A stretch of 55,172 bases of DNA, counting the filler, from Bipalium vagum (lineage: Eukaryota), in assembly GCA_037834085.1 (NCBI GenBank). It is 3 parts of 3 records of this genome, joined end to end, with 100 filler letters (N's around TTAATTAATTAA, not from the genome) between each part and the next. Parts side by side here need not be neighbours in the genome. Positions count along the whole stretch, not along the records: positions 19,118 to 37,034 come from JBBMKC010046660.1; 2 more parts are not named here. One strand, given 5' to 3'. The notes beneath the pieces are model-generated. The model had not been told where the DNA came from. It ran no database searches and worked only from the letters and a program-made list of their open reading frames with translations. Positions 24,901 through 37,134 of this stretch are shown here, one piece after another (position 1 is the stretch's first letter; every line of letters begins with the position of its first letter). The translations under genes were made by a program, and so were the position numbers.

Positions 24901-27900
24901 ACTTCCTCCTCTTCTTTCGGAAATATCAAAATTTCCGCCTTTAAATCTTATAAACTATCTTTGACATTTATCTAGTGACAGTTTACATTCAGGATATGCT
25001 TTTGATATGTTTTTTAATGCATTTAAGCTGGTTGATCTTTTTCTAAATTCATATATCAAACAATGCCTGAAATGAATTTCTTCAGTATTCATCTAAAATT
25101 AATTTTATCTAGTTATTTAAAATGTTGCTAAATTATTAAATCAGACTAATCAGTAAAACAACATATTACTAACATTAAATAAATAGTAATTATAATTTTT
25201 TTTATTTATTTCTGAGAAATATGGTCTCAAAAATTAGTTTATAATAAGTTGGATTTTGAACTTTACAACGTAATATATTTATTTTAAAACAGCATAAGTC
25301 AGCCGAAACAAAAGTTTTATTGATTAAAATAAAAATCATTTGCGTTTACAAATTTTTGCCAACGAATTGATAGATTTTCTATTCCTATACGATAGAATTC
25401 GGAAGACCTGGAGGTAATGAACTGTTTAGACTTCCTTTTCAGCATCACTTGATTCGGTTTTAGGAAGGACCCGGGAAATTCATAGATGTCTAATCACTAA
25501 TTTAAAAGCAAGACAGATTAATACTCTAAACAGAGCAATATATAGGCTTTTACCGACATTTTCATAGGATTTACCTGAACAAAACTTAACTATTACATAA
25601 ACAGTGCTAAGCAGTGAAAGTTTAGGTTAAAGCTTTTTTACTAGAGATAATTTTAAAAAACAGAGCACTTTATTTTATAAAAATACTAACTAGTGAATAT
25701 TTATTAATAAATTCTATATGAAAATTCAACATATTTGCATTTTTTAATATTTTACAATTTATAAAATATTTTTATTAAAATTTCCTTTTATTAGCTTTAA
25801 ATATCAAAATATTTTGATCTAAAGGTTTATTGTTAAAGCAATATCAAATCAGATTGTTATTGAAGTATTTTATTCATATTGTGATATGTATTAAAATCTG
25901 AGAAAATCAGAATTTAATTATTACTTGTATTCATGTCATTCTAAAACTTAATTTCTTATTTTCTTAGTTGTTTGCTTTTTTCTACTACAAAGAAAATGTG
26001 GTCGTACCACAAAAGATCTTTTCAAGATACATCAATTTTGGAAGAAAATTTTTTATTTAAAATTGAACTTTATGAAATCAATACTATTCTGGTCCATAAG
26101 TTTCAGGAATTTTTTATTATAATATTGTTACTGAATATATAATTTTATTGATCGAAATACAATTTCTCTTGTTGAAAGATTGTTTTCATTCATCTTTCAG
26201 CAAGCCTTAAGAGACCATTTTGATAGCAGGCCGAATATTTGGGCGCAAAGAATTTGCAACATGCTTTTTCAATATCATTGAGATCTAGAAATTTCCTTTT
26301 CAAGAAAGTTTACATTGATCGAAATAAGTGGAATTTCGATGTCACTAGATAGAAACCATATGTTGGGTGTGGTAAGATTATTTCAATATCTAGATTGTAA
26401 ATTTTCGATTTAGCTACAATACCCGTATGCAACTTAGCACTACCTTCATGAAGAATGACTCTTTCCATTGGTTAATGCGAGATATTGTTGACCCATGACC
26501 TCGTAAATTCTATTTATTTGTTGGCAATATAGGTCGACATTAATAGGTACTCCTTCAGGAATAACCTCAAAATAAATTAATACTTAATAGCTCAACCAAG
26601 TGCATTGCATTTTTCTTTTTATAAAAGTTGATTCTTTTTGGAAATTTTTTTGAATCTCTCTTTCTGAATCAATTACTTTATTATATCTGGATTCTTGCAC
26701 TAAATTCACTTGTCTTATCTTTTTATGAAACGAATAACGTGCGGATTTAACAAATGGTAACTGCAAATATTTTCCTGTTTAAACAAAAATTTGTATATCT
26801 TAAAATTTAGCATACCGTGTTTGCCGGACTATAAGCCGCACCCATAAACCTGAAATGTATTATAATAATAAATAATTTACGTTTTTTACGATGTAACAAA
26901 TTATTTGCGATATGTTTATATTTTACAAAAAAATTTACGATATTATAAATGTTTTCAATTTTTAGCCATGAAACGATCATCATATACCACAGGGTGGAAA
27001 TTAAAAGCGATTGAATTAGCTAAAGAAAATGGAAATTGAAAACCCGCTGCAGAACTTAATATTGATGATTCAATAATCAGAGGATGGAGGAAGCAAGATA
27101 AGCTGAGACAGGCCAAAAAGTCTTGTAAAAGCTTTCGTGGAAACACTCCAAAATGGTCAAAGCTTAAAGATTATCTTAAACATTGGGTCCTTGAAATGCG
27201 GTAGAAACAGTCTCTATGCGGCTCAAAGCCAATACATTAGCTAAAGAAATGGGAATTATGAATTCCACAGGAACACAATCTTGGTGCACCAGATTCATGA
27301 AACAAACAAATCTTTTGATTTGGTGCAAAACTACTTTAGTCCAACGTCTTCCTGTCGATTTTAAAGAAAAGGCAAATATATTCTGTGAATTTTGTCAAAA
27401 GAAAATCGTAGAAAAGAATATACATTATGATTGCATATTCAATATGGACGAAGTACCAATCCCTTTTGATATGCCAGCTAATCGAACCATTGAACAGGTC
27501 GAAGCTAATTCAGTTTTAATTAGGACAACAGGAAATGAAAAAACTAATTGTACTGTTGTTTTGGCCTGTTCTTCAAGTGGATTAAAGTTGTCGCCAATGG
27601 TAATTTTTAAGAGTAAAAACATTGCCCAAAGGCAAATTCCCTGACGGAGTTGGTGAAGGCGAATGAAAAAGGATGGATGACGAAAAATTAATACGGGTAT
27701 GGTTAAATGAAGTTTTTATTAAAAGACCAAGTGGGTTTTTCCACACGTTATTCTCGATGCTTGTCTGGGATTCAATGCGTGCCCATCTTACCGAAGCTGT
27801 AAAGTCATTAGTGAAACGAACCAATACGGTTTTAACGGTTATCCCAAATGGATTGACTAAGATTCTTCAACCTCTTGATATTTCAGTCAATAGATCATTT

Positions 27901-30900
27901 AAAACCAAAGTAAGAAAAACTTGGGAACAGTGGATGACCTCAGGAGATCATACTTTTACTAGAACAGGTAGACGCGATGAGTTGATTATGTGACAGTAAT
28001 TAAATGGATTTTTGAAGCTTGGAACACTATCCCAACATCAACAAATTATAACGGCATTTTTAAAGCAGGCATAATTAATAGTTTTTGACGTACAAGGAGA
28101 AGTACAAACAGAAAATCCCGCTGTGGATTCAGATGAAGTAACTGATAGGAATTCTGAGTACGATGAAACTTTTGAATTCTTATAAAACTTATTAAATAAC
28201 TTGGTAAAATATCATTTACTGTTACTAGTAGATTTCTTTTAAACTGATTTATTTGAAATGGATCTTAAACTCCTCACATTTCGTATTTTAATAACGCGGC
28301 TTATAGTCCGATACGGCTTATACTTTAATTTTGTATTCTGTGGAAAACTGTCAGAGTGCGGTTTATAATCCGGAAAATACGGTAAGTATAATATGCAAAA
28401 TTCTGGAAACTTATGGACTATCATAATAATTAAAATTTTCTGATTAAAATATTTTTTTCTAATTACCTTTTAGGAATTCTGGTTTTACGTTTCAATAACT
28501 ATATTATTTTAAAAAATGAATAACAAAATAATAATTAAATAAATCATTAACATTATACCTTTTGGATCATACTTTCAATTTTATTTTGAAGGCCCCACCA
28601 TTTAAATTCACAAGTAACCAATTTATAGGCACACATAACTGGATGTTGAACATTCTTTATAATTAAAGAAAATAATGGATTAATTAAAATGAACCAAAAT
28701 ATTAATTAAATTACAATTTTGTGTAATTTTTTGTAATTGACTCTAAAGCATGAATTAATTAAAATAACTTCTCAAATATTTTGAATAGATCATTTAATCA
28801 ATTTGTTATCGTTTTTTGAAAAATTATTTTCTTAATTTTCCTTAATTAAAATTGATTTCAATTTGAAAGATATTTTTATTTTAAATTATAATTTTTTTTT
28901 CTGTGGATAGTTTTGATCAAGTTTTTAAAGAATATTATAAATATATAACTACATTATTATCAACGCTAAAAAAGAAAACAACACTTTTTGATAAAAGCTT
29001 AAGATAAATATTCTTCTTCCAATATGACATGCAAAGAATGGTTTTGCCGCATCAGGAATGAAGATTACGACATCATGGACAAAAATTGTTTGAAGATGAA
29101 GAATTGGCACATTTACTACACGGATACTCATATAAAACGCAAACCGAACTGTCCATTGTGTTAAATGTGATTCTGAGAAGTATGTGAATGATTAGAAAAT
29201 TAGGAAAATGGGTTCCACGTAGATTGATGGAAAGAAATATTGAAAGGCGACTTATACTTTGTGATATTCATCTTCAGATGCACCAAAGAAAAAATTTATT
29301 GCATTTGATTGTGACAGGAGACGAGACATGGATTCGATCTAACTGCCAAAAACACGAAGCATGTTGGGTGAAGTCTGAAAAACCGAGTACATCAACGTCC
29401 AAACAGATTATCCATGGGTCTAAATTGATACTGTGTATCTGGTGGGATAAAAAATGTATGGTTTATTATGAACTGTTGGAACTGTTATAAATTCCAATTA
29501 ATTTTTTTGAAGCAATCTCTGAAAGGAAAAGATCAGAATGGGCAGACAGACAAAATAAGATAATTTTACTATACGATAACGGCATTCCATTTAAATAATT
29601 GCTTAGAATGTGCAAACTTGGAAATCTTATTTATACAGTACACAAATTCATAATGTCCAAGAAATATTTATCTAATTTACTTCGCTTTTTAGTTTTACCT
29701 ATAAATATTGCAAAAAATAAACATTTTTGTTTTAACATATTCCATATTTAGAATCATTTGGGATTCATGCAAGATATCTCATTCTCTGTCGATTAATAAT
29801 AATACTGACACTATAATAAAGATAGAATATATTAAAAATAAAATAATAATTATAAATTATCTGATTTCTTTGCTTGTAGTAATTGCTTAGGATAAGCAGT
29901 TAAGTTTTTGCAATTTGACATTTTGAGAAATAGACCAGGAGTTATACAGATTTTGATACTCTTAATTAATTCGTTCAAATGAAAAAATCGTTGTGGAACT
30001 TCAATTTTAATTTTTTTCTATGGGTCTTGAAAAATCTTTCATTAAACTATGCATTTTTCAGATTTGAAAAATAAATTTTCTGATTTTCATTACTTTTAAT
30101 TTTTAAATAATCATAATATATTAATTAATAGTAGAATTCAGCCTTTTATCAACAATTTCATTTTATTGAACTAATAAAAAAAGACCAATATAATTTTTGA
30201 AATAGTTTATATTTTTTCTCAATTCAAGATGAATTTAGTCTTGTAAATTACTCAAATATTGGACAATTTGCTTATTTTAAATTTAAAATATACAAAATAT
30301 ATAAACATTTAAAAATTATTTAAATTCGTTTATATTATCATTTTTTAAATTTAATTTTTACGAGTGTCTCTCATTTGATTTTTTCCCAAAATATCACATT
30401 TAAAAAAATGTATATTAGGGACCCCTTGTTTAAATTAGCATTTGTTTTTTATGAAAATGTAAAAAAATCAAAATAATAAAATTATTATGCCACCAAAGAA
30501 AATATTTTTAATTACTTAAAATTAAGTAAGGTTGGTAAACTCAATTTAGATTTTGAATTAAAATCATGAATTTTATTAAGTTTTAATTTATTAATGTATT
30601 AAAATTATGAAATATTGAGATTACTTTCCACCACTCATGATGATTTAAAGGACCTCTTCCAGTAACTACTGAATGAAACAATTTTGGATCTTGGTCTATT
30701 TTATAATCATGGGGATTATCCAATTGATCATTAGCAATATCAATAAATACAATTTCTCTTTGTTTAAGAAGATCTAATGGTAGGCAGTGAATCTAAAAAA
30801 ATCATATATAATATATTTTTTTTTTCTAACAGAATTCAAATAGTTATAAAAAATTCTTTCTTCAGTAAAATTTGTTATATTTTTTCAAAATTTAAAATCA

Positions 30901-33900
30901 ATAATTAAATTTTTATTTCTGAATTTTCAAAGTTGAGTTTCACAATAAAATTGTTTAAAAATTACGTTTTATCACAAACCCTTAAAAGCTTAAACCCTAA
31001 ATAAAGCTTAAACAATTCAACGCCTAATCGCAATAAACTCTATTGAGCAAATACAAGTCAATAAGATGAATAAATACGCATTCACGCAAACTCATATCAT
31101 TCTTTCTGGGACCTTATAAAAAGGATCCTTCTTGACATAGTCGAGCTTGAGAATCAGCCAGCCAAACAAGTCATTGGCAAAGTGAATTCCAGGAAACAGT
31201 ACTCAATTTTCCCTAATACCAAAATAATTCTCAAATTATTTTTCCATTTCTAAAATAATAACTCAAAATATTTTAAAAATTCACTTCTAATTGCGAACTT
31301 ACCATAATATTTTATTACTAGAATTATTTTAACTAATGAACATATCTAGAGGCTTTGAAAACTCTGTTATGTTCGGTGGCAAAAAAATAAATTCTATATT
31401 TGGCGATTCACAAGTCTTAATTATTAATAGAATTTATTGATTTTGTTTTTTTTATTTCAAATTCAAGCAGTTTGGCATAAGAAATAGTTTTTTCTGGTTA
31501 TCAACCTATTTCCACTTGTGATTTTTAACAAATCAAAACTCTTGAAGCATCTCGATTTGGCATAATGTCCAATAAACATTGACTTTCTTTCTCACTATCA
31601 TTAGCATTTATGCGAAATATAATTGAAATTCTTTCTTTTAATATTCTGATGACTTTAAATGAATGCATCAGATTGAAGAAGACGGTAGGTATCTATAAAA
31701 TAATCCTGATTTATCAAGATTATATATCTTTGTTTCTATACCGTGCTAATTTAGAAACTAATTCTTTGTGGTGCTTTTCATACTTAAAATTTTTTTTAAC
31801 AAATAAATTTCAGAATAATAATAACTCCCACCTTTCAGGCCAACCAAAGCAATCAATGCCTTCGAAACAATAACATTATAGCATTGATTTTAAACAGTTT
31901 TAGTGATCATTTGTTGTTTCATTTTATGTACAAAAATAAAATATAATTCTGTAATTTTATTTATTTACTTGTTTCATGTAAGAGTTAAAAACCGGAGTTT
32001 GATTTTAATATTTTTCCTTCTCGTCTGTTTAATTAATATAAAATACAAAATAGAATATAAAATTATATTAAACAAAATAATATAAAAATTATTATTATAA
32101 TTAATTAAAAAATTAATCATTTTGATGATTAATTTATAAAATAATGGGAAAAAATGTTTAGTAACATAAAGTAACTATAAATAATTTTTTCAATAAAAAT
32201 TTTAATAAATGTTACTATAAATAAATTTATAGTAAAAATTTTAACGTGAAATCTAAAAATAGTAATATAAAGTTACTATAATTAAAAATACAAGAAAATA
32301 AAATAATATAAATACTGAAGAGTTTGAGTATCAAGACACACAAAAAATCAACATAAACTCAGACTCTAAGAGGAGCAAAGCGGACTCAAGCCGACAATCA
32401 GAATTCGGATCAAAAAGGACGCAACAGACTCAAATAAAACCGAAGGAAGCAACAGACACAAACAATCCTGAAGAAAGTTTCAGAAGCAAATAGCCAGAGG
32501 AAAGGATCAGATACTAATCTAGAATAAATAACGGACCATTAGCCTCGGTGACCAGCTCAAGGAGAAAACTTCAACATTTAGTAATTTTTTTATTGTAATA
32601 AGTTTATTAGATTTGACTACAAATCTAAATAGACTTTATTATTAAATTAAATAAAAATAAAATAAATTTTGGGTTTCACACTACTCACAGGTGAACCGAT
32701 ATCCAAATAAAACATATACTCATGCTCAAAAGTGTTCTATCATTAGAGTCAAGGTTGAAACGCGATTCGTCAGAAAAGATAATTGAATTCCAATATGCTT
32801 GTGATTCATTAATGCGCTCTTTGCACCATATTAAACGAGATAAAAAAGTAATAAAAAACTATAATTCGATTACGAATTATAAGTTATTAATTAAATTAAA
32901 TAAATACTAAAGATTGGACAGCTACTCCAATATCTTAGGGTCAAATAATTGTTATCTTTTTTTCTTACTTCCAAGTATTTTCTTTTTTTGTGTTCTTTAC
33001 GTCTAGTAGGACGGAGAACCGAAATTTTATCTGAGGGCCTTTGAGAGTAAGATACTGAAGGGTGAACTGACTTTTCTCTTAATTCCTCATCTCGGGTTTT
33101 AACTCCAAAGTAAAATTGTATTAAAAAATAAAGTTGTTAGATTTATAAAAAATATATTTTATAAAACAACGTGTTAATTCAGTTGCTCGATTAAAAGTTT
33201 ATCGTTTCTCGTTTTAAAAGTTAAAAAGTTTTACAATCGATATTTGTTTAAAAGTTTAAAAGATTCAAATTTAGTAATCAACATTTTTATTGTCACCCAA
33301 ATTTTAACTTCGAACGTACGCGCACTAAATCCTTCTGAATTTGCATATATTTTATGTTAAGTTTCTAAAAAGTCCACTATCGATATTCTTAACCCAATAA
33401 AAGTAAAAAGTCCAATTTTGATCTTCTTAACCCAATTTAAAATTTAATAATGAATTTCATATCATTTTTAACATATTATCTTTTTAGGTTGAAACTTAAG
33501 AATAATAATAATAATAATAATATTAAAACTTTGGTCAAATGCAAGGGTTTATAAAAATAGGGATAAATTTAATTAAATAAATTATTTTTTTGATAATTTC
33601 TTATGGTATCAAAATAATTCAAACCTTTAAAATAATTACTATTTCTAAAAACAATAATTCATAATAAAAATTAATTAATTAATAATTGTATTATTTTATT
33701 TAATTGAATAATAAGTATATAATTTAAGTAGAAAAGACATTAAACATAGAATAAATAAACATGTAAAGGTAAAAAATCAACAAAAATATATTATTTCACT
33801 TAATTATAATTTAAATTCCTTTTTATCAGTAATTTTAATTTGGTTTTTATGAAATCTCAGTTCCCAAAAAGATATTGATTATATAAAAAAATCGATATTT

Positions 33901-34565
33901 TTATTGTTGAGTTAAAATAAGAACGTATATTATTTTTTCTTTTCCTTTTAATATAATTTTTAGTAAATCTTAATACAACTAATAATATAATATGTTCTTT
34001 GAAGTATAAAAACATTAAATATGTAATTTAAAAATAATGTTAATAAACAATATTTACTTACATTCTCTGCCGTACCTAAATCACAAACATGCATGCTTTC
34101 TATCTTGATAAAGAATTTGTCTTTCATGTAACCAGGATTCTATTTTATTAGATATTTTTGAAATACAGATATCTATAAATTACCTCTAAAACTGTTCTAC
34201 AATAAGGATAAGAATTCCATGCTCTTTCTTCTAATTCTAAAGAACCTTTAGGCGCAAAGACTCTAACAACGTTTGGGATTTTATTTTTAAGGTGGTATAT
34301 TTTGAATGTATATTGTCCTTTCTGAAATCGTACATCCCCGTTTAATAATTTTGGTGATGGTACATGATGCGTATGATCAAAAGGTTCATTAGTTATTATT
34401 TCAATACCTTCTCCGCCACCGGTTTCATTTTTTGATGCCTCAGCTGTTGACCATAATTGAGCAATTTTATACTCATCTACAGACATTGGTAATATAATCC
34501 GACTATAATTTAAATATTAAACTAATTTTTCATCAAATCATAACTAACAATTCTTTAATAATCAT
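21992..34565 (-). CDS. PITPN: Class I phosphatidylinositol transfer protein (PITP alpha/beta-like, vibrator/giotto-like), 7 exons, 281 aa
   Basis: Exons 34565-34549, 34502-34184, 34139-34062, 30792-30625, 28654-28559, 22490-22368, 22036-21992 (846 nt, open frame). [23 protein letters not shown]...[11 protein letters not shown]...[13 protein letters not shown]...TGRGPL...[21 protein letters not shown]...[11 protein letters not shown]...[10 protein letters not shown]. The inositol-binding T/K/E/N/K residues and the WW membrane-docking pair are present. The last intron has a GC donor. Confidence 0.93.
22770..23310 (+). mobile_element. Decayed mariner transposase fragment in PITP intron 5
   Basis: [14 protein letters not shown]...; DKWITHSLS (WVPHEL-like); [14 protein letters not shown] (first catalytic D motif). 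Stops and frameshifts. Confidence 0.75.
23755..24225 (-). mobile_element. Gypsy integrase 3' fragment with polypurine tract and start of 3' LTR
   Basis: [19 protein letters not shown]...[26 protein letters not shown]...[10 protein letters not shown]...RFLGPFTV (integrase core plus GPY/F module). Followed by PPT GAGGGGGGA and then TG (about 23770-23760). Confidence 0.8.
24225..25273 (-). mobile_element. mariner (DD34D) element, near-complete but disabled and 3'-truncated
   Basis: ATG at 25092 ([16 protein letters not shown]). Motifs [15 protein letters not shown] and [10 protein letters not shown]...[16 protein letters not shown], with 34 residues between D2 and D3. In-frame stops. TIR-like TTACGTTG next to TA near 25273. 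Confidence 0.9.
26210..26570 (-). mobile_element. mariner C-terminal fragment
   Basis: [25 protein letters not shown]..., ILPHPTY (PHPPYSPD-like); frameshifted. Confidence 0.65.
26815..28382 (+). mobile_element. Near full-length pogo-family (POGK/Passer-like) DNA transposon with pseudogenised transposase
   Basis: TA duplication at 26813-26814 and 28383-28384. TIRs of 27 bp: CCGTGTTTGCCGGACTATAAGCCGCAC versus CCGTATTTTCCGGATTATAAACCGCAC (reverse complement), 4 mismatches. [18 protein letters not shown] (Brinker-like HTH), [43 protein letters not shown] (DDE_1). Several stops and frameshifts. Confidence 0.93.
29000..29630 (+). mobile_element. Decayed mariner fragment in PITP intron 4
   Basis: [46 protein letters not shown]. 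Confidence 0.8.
32160..32700 (+). repeat. Dispersed repeat, possible solo LTR
   Basis: Shares AAAAGGACGCAAC (32413-32425) with 37187-37199, where it follows TATA. Shares AAAATAGTAATATAA(A)GTT context with about 38588-38605. Family and boundaries not established. Confidence 0.35.
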
Positions 34566-35195
34566 AATATTATTCCCAACTTTATGAAATTACTTTAATT
34601 TAATTTTTCATTTCAAAAAATAAGAATCAAAATTGATTAAATTTAATATAACGATTTTATTTTATTAATTAAAATTATTTTTAATAAATGTATCCTAGAA
34701 AATTTTATATGAAATAAAATATTACTAAAATACATACAAAAATAAATTTTAGAAAGCATGATTTTTTATTTTAGAAATTTATAATTCCAATCAATTTCAT
34801 TTTTATATTCCTTAGTTTATTTAAAAGAATTTCTTTTTAAGGTAAAAATTCTTAAGTAGTTCTAAGTTTATCACTCTAAGTTCTCTAAAAGGTTAACCTA
34901 TGCGAACTCAACGAATGATTATTTATTCTTGTGTATTAAAGCAAAATACCGAAATTACAGTAAACCTTATTTAATAATTCGCAATGAAAATTGATAATCA
35001 CTACATAAACAACCAATAACACCTCGAAAGCATAGTCTGAGTACCAAATTTTATAATTACAGTAAAAATCAAATAATGTAAGCAGTCAGTTGAAAATCAC
35101 ACAATATTAATAATAAAAAAGTATTATTGTATATCAAATAAAGTTAATGAAAAGTAAATCTAATAATGCGAATGAAGCGTAAAGGAATTGAATAA

Positions 35196-35590
35196 GAGGG
35201 TGTCCCATAAGTCTCCGCGGAAAGTAAACTTAAATATTTCTTAAACAGATTAAGATATTTAATCGCTTTCTTTATAAAATTAAAGACAAATCTTTTACTT
35301 TATTTCAAATAAAAATATTTACAATAATTGTTCGAAATGACTACCATTAACTAATATACATAAATTTATCCTTTTTACAATATTTAAAAATACGCTATTC
35401 AAAGTTTCTGTGGTAACACTTTATTTTCTCGGTGATTTTTGTTTTCAAATCGTCAATATTTTTGATTTCAGATTTGTATATCTTATTCTTTAAATGGCCC
35501 CATAAATAGAAGTCAAGAGAAGTTAAATCTGGTGAACGCGACACAAAGTGTACCCTATTTATCCCCTCATTTTTTTCCTCACTCACTCAT
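35196..35590 (-). mobile_element. 3' fragment of a rosa/DD41D-like Tc1/mariner element
   Basis: SRSPDLTSLDFYLWGHLKNKIYKSEIKNIDDLKTKI...NGSHFEQLL; terminal AGGGTGTCCCA TIR-like sequence near 35197. Confidence 0.75.
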
Positions 35591-36149
35591 ATGCATTCCT
35601 CCCGGCACACATACTCGTTCGTTCGTCAAAAACTTGTTTGTAAACAGGATACACTTTGTATCGTATAAAAAAAAACTAAATCACTAAAAAATAATCAAAA
35701 AATGATGATGAATATATATATTTTTTAGTTGAGTATAAAAATAAATAAATAAATTGTACTGGGGACAAATAAATATTTTTTAGTTCAAAAAATCACTAAA
35801 AAATGGTTGAAAAATGGTATTGTGAATTTTTTGATAAATCGATTAATAAAAAAAATAAAAGTCATCATGAAAATACAAAAATACATGAAATAAATATTCA
35901 ACGATTTCAAAGAGTAAAAACAACAACGATGAAGTCGTCGAAAAAAAAACGATTTCAACGAAAAAACAACGATAACGACGAAAAATCAACGATATCTACG
36001 AATAAAAACAACGAACTAAAAAATAAAAAAAACGACTGAAAAAACAGCGATTAAAAATAAGTTGAAAGAATCCACTTTTGTTAGGGCCAAATTAAAAATA
36101 TATACAATATTGTGTAATTTTAAATTACGTCATATTGAATTTTATTATA

Positions 36150-36950
36150 CCGTCGAACCTCTTTATAAAGTCACCTCCATATAACTATATAAGGTCGTTT
36201 AGTATTACTTTTAAAATATACAAATAGATTTTAACAAAAATGCCTTTAAAGAGCATCATCTTTCTAAAACATCAAATTTTTAGGCCCTAAATTTAAAATT
36301 TATTTTAAAATTACCTCCATATAAAGTTAATTTTAAAAATTTTAAAAATGTTTTAAATAATGAGCGCACATTTAAACGAAGCCTGAGAAATGTAAACGAT
36401 TCAAACTAACACTACAAAAAAGAAAGAAATCCTTAAATTTGAAAACAAGGATATTACTCAAAGCAGAATTTGGTACGTGACAGGTGGACGTATTAAAAAC
36501 GCTTTTGAAAAATATGATCCTTGTAACATTTTTAATGTTGATGACAGTTTTTTAGGAAATTATTATCCAATAAAACCTTTGCATTTAAAGGTGAATATTG
36601 TACGTATGGGAAGAAAAGTAAAGATCGTGCTACTGTATTCGATGGAGCCAATATGATTGGAACTAAAAAAACATCTCATTGTTATTGGCCACGATGCTTC
36701 AAAAATAAAAATCTTAAAATCGCTTATATCTCCAAACAAAGGCATGGATGGCTGCCAATATCTTTGAGAAATGGCTTAGAGATTGGGATAAAAACTCAAA
36801 ACAACTGATAGAAAGATCTTAATATAATAATAAGAAGGTTATGTTGTCAGTCTGGTGGGGTTACAAAGTAATTATTTATTTTGAACTCTTACCATTCAAT
36901 GAAACGATAAATTCGGCTGTCTATATTCAACAATTATCAAATTTGAATAC
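36150..36950 (+). mobile_element. Decayed Tigger fragment abutting a mariner fragment
   Basis: TIR-like CCGTCGAACCTC after TA near 36150; IFNVDD, NMIGTKK, PRCFK, AWMAANIFEKWLRDWDKKLK (Tigger). From about 36835: KKVMLSVWWGYKVIIYFELLPFNETINSAVYIQQL (mariner). Confidence 0.7.
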
Positions 36951-37034
36951 AGTCAAATCGGTTAATATTCCATGTTTACCCAAAGACGGAAATAAATAGA
37001 GAAAAATTTTTTAAGAATAATGGCTATCTTGATT

Positions 37035-37134
37035 NNNNNNNNNNNNNNNNNNNNNNNNNNNNNNNNNNNNNNNNNNNNTTAATTAATTAANNNNNNNNNN
37101 NNNNNNNNNNNNNNNNNNNNNNNNNNNNNNNNNN
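37035..37134. other. Assembly gap with artificial six-frame stop linker
   Basis: 44 N + TTAATTAATTAA (37079-37090) + 44 N. Confidence 0.95.

Noticed and set aside
26584-26766. 60-aa minus-strand ORF as an extra PITP exon
   Set aside because: No PITP similarity, and the PITP sequence is complete without it.
27216-27993. Domesticated POGK-like host gene
   Set aside because: Flanked by TIRs and a TA duplication and broken by stops and frameshifts; a dead transposon.
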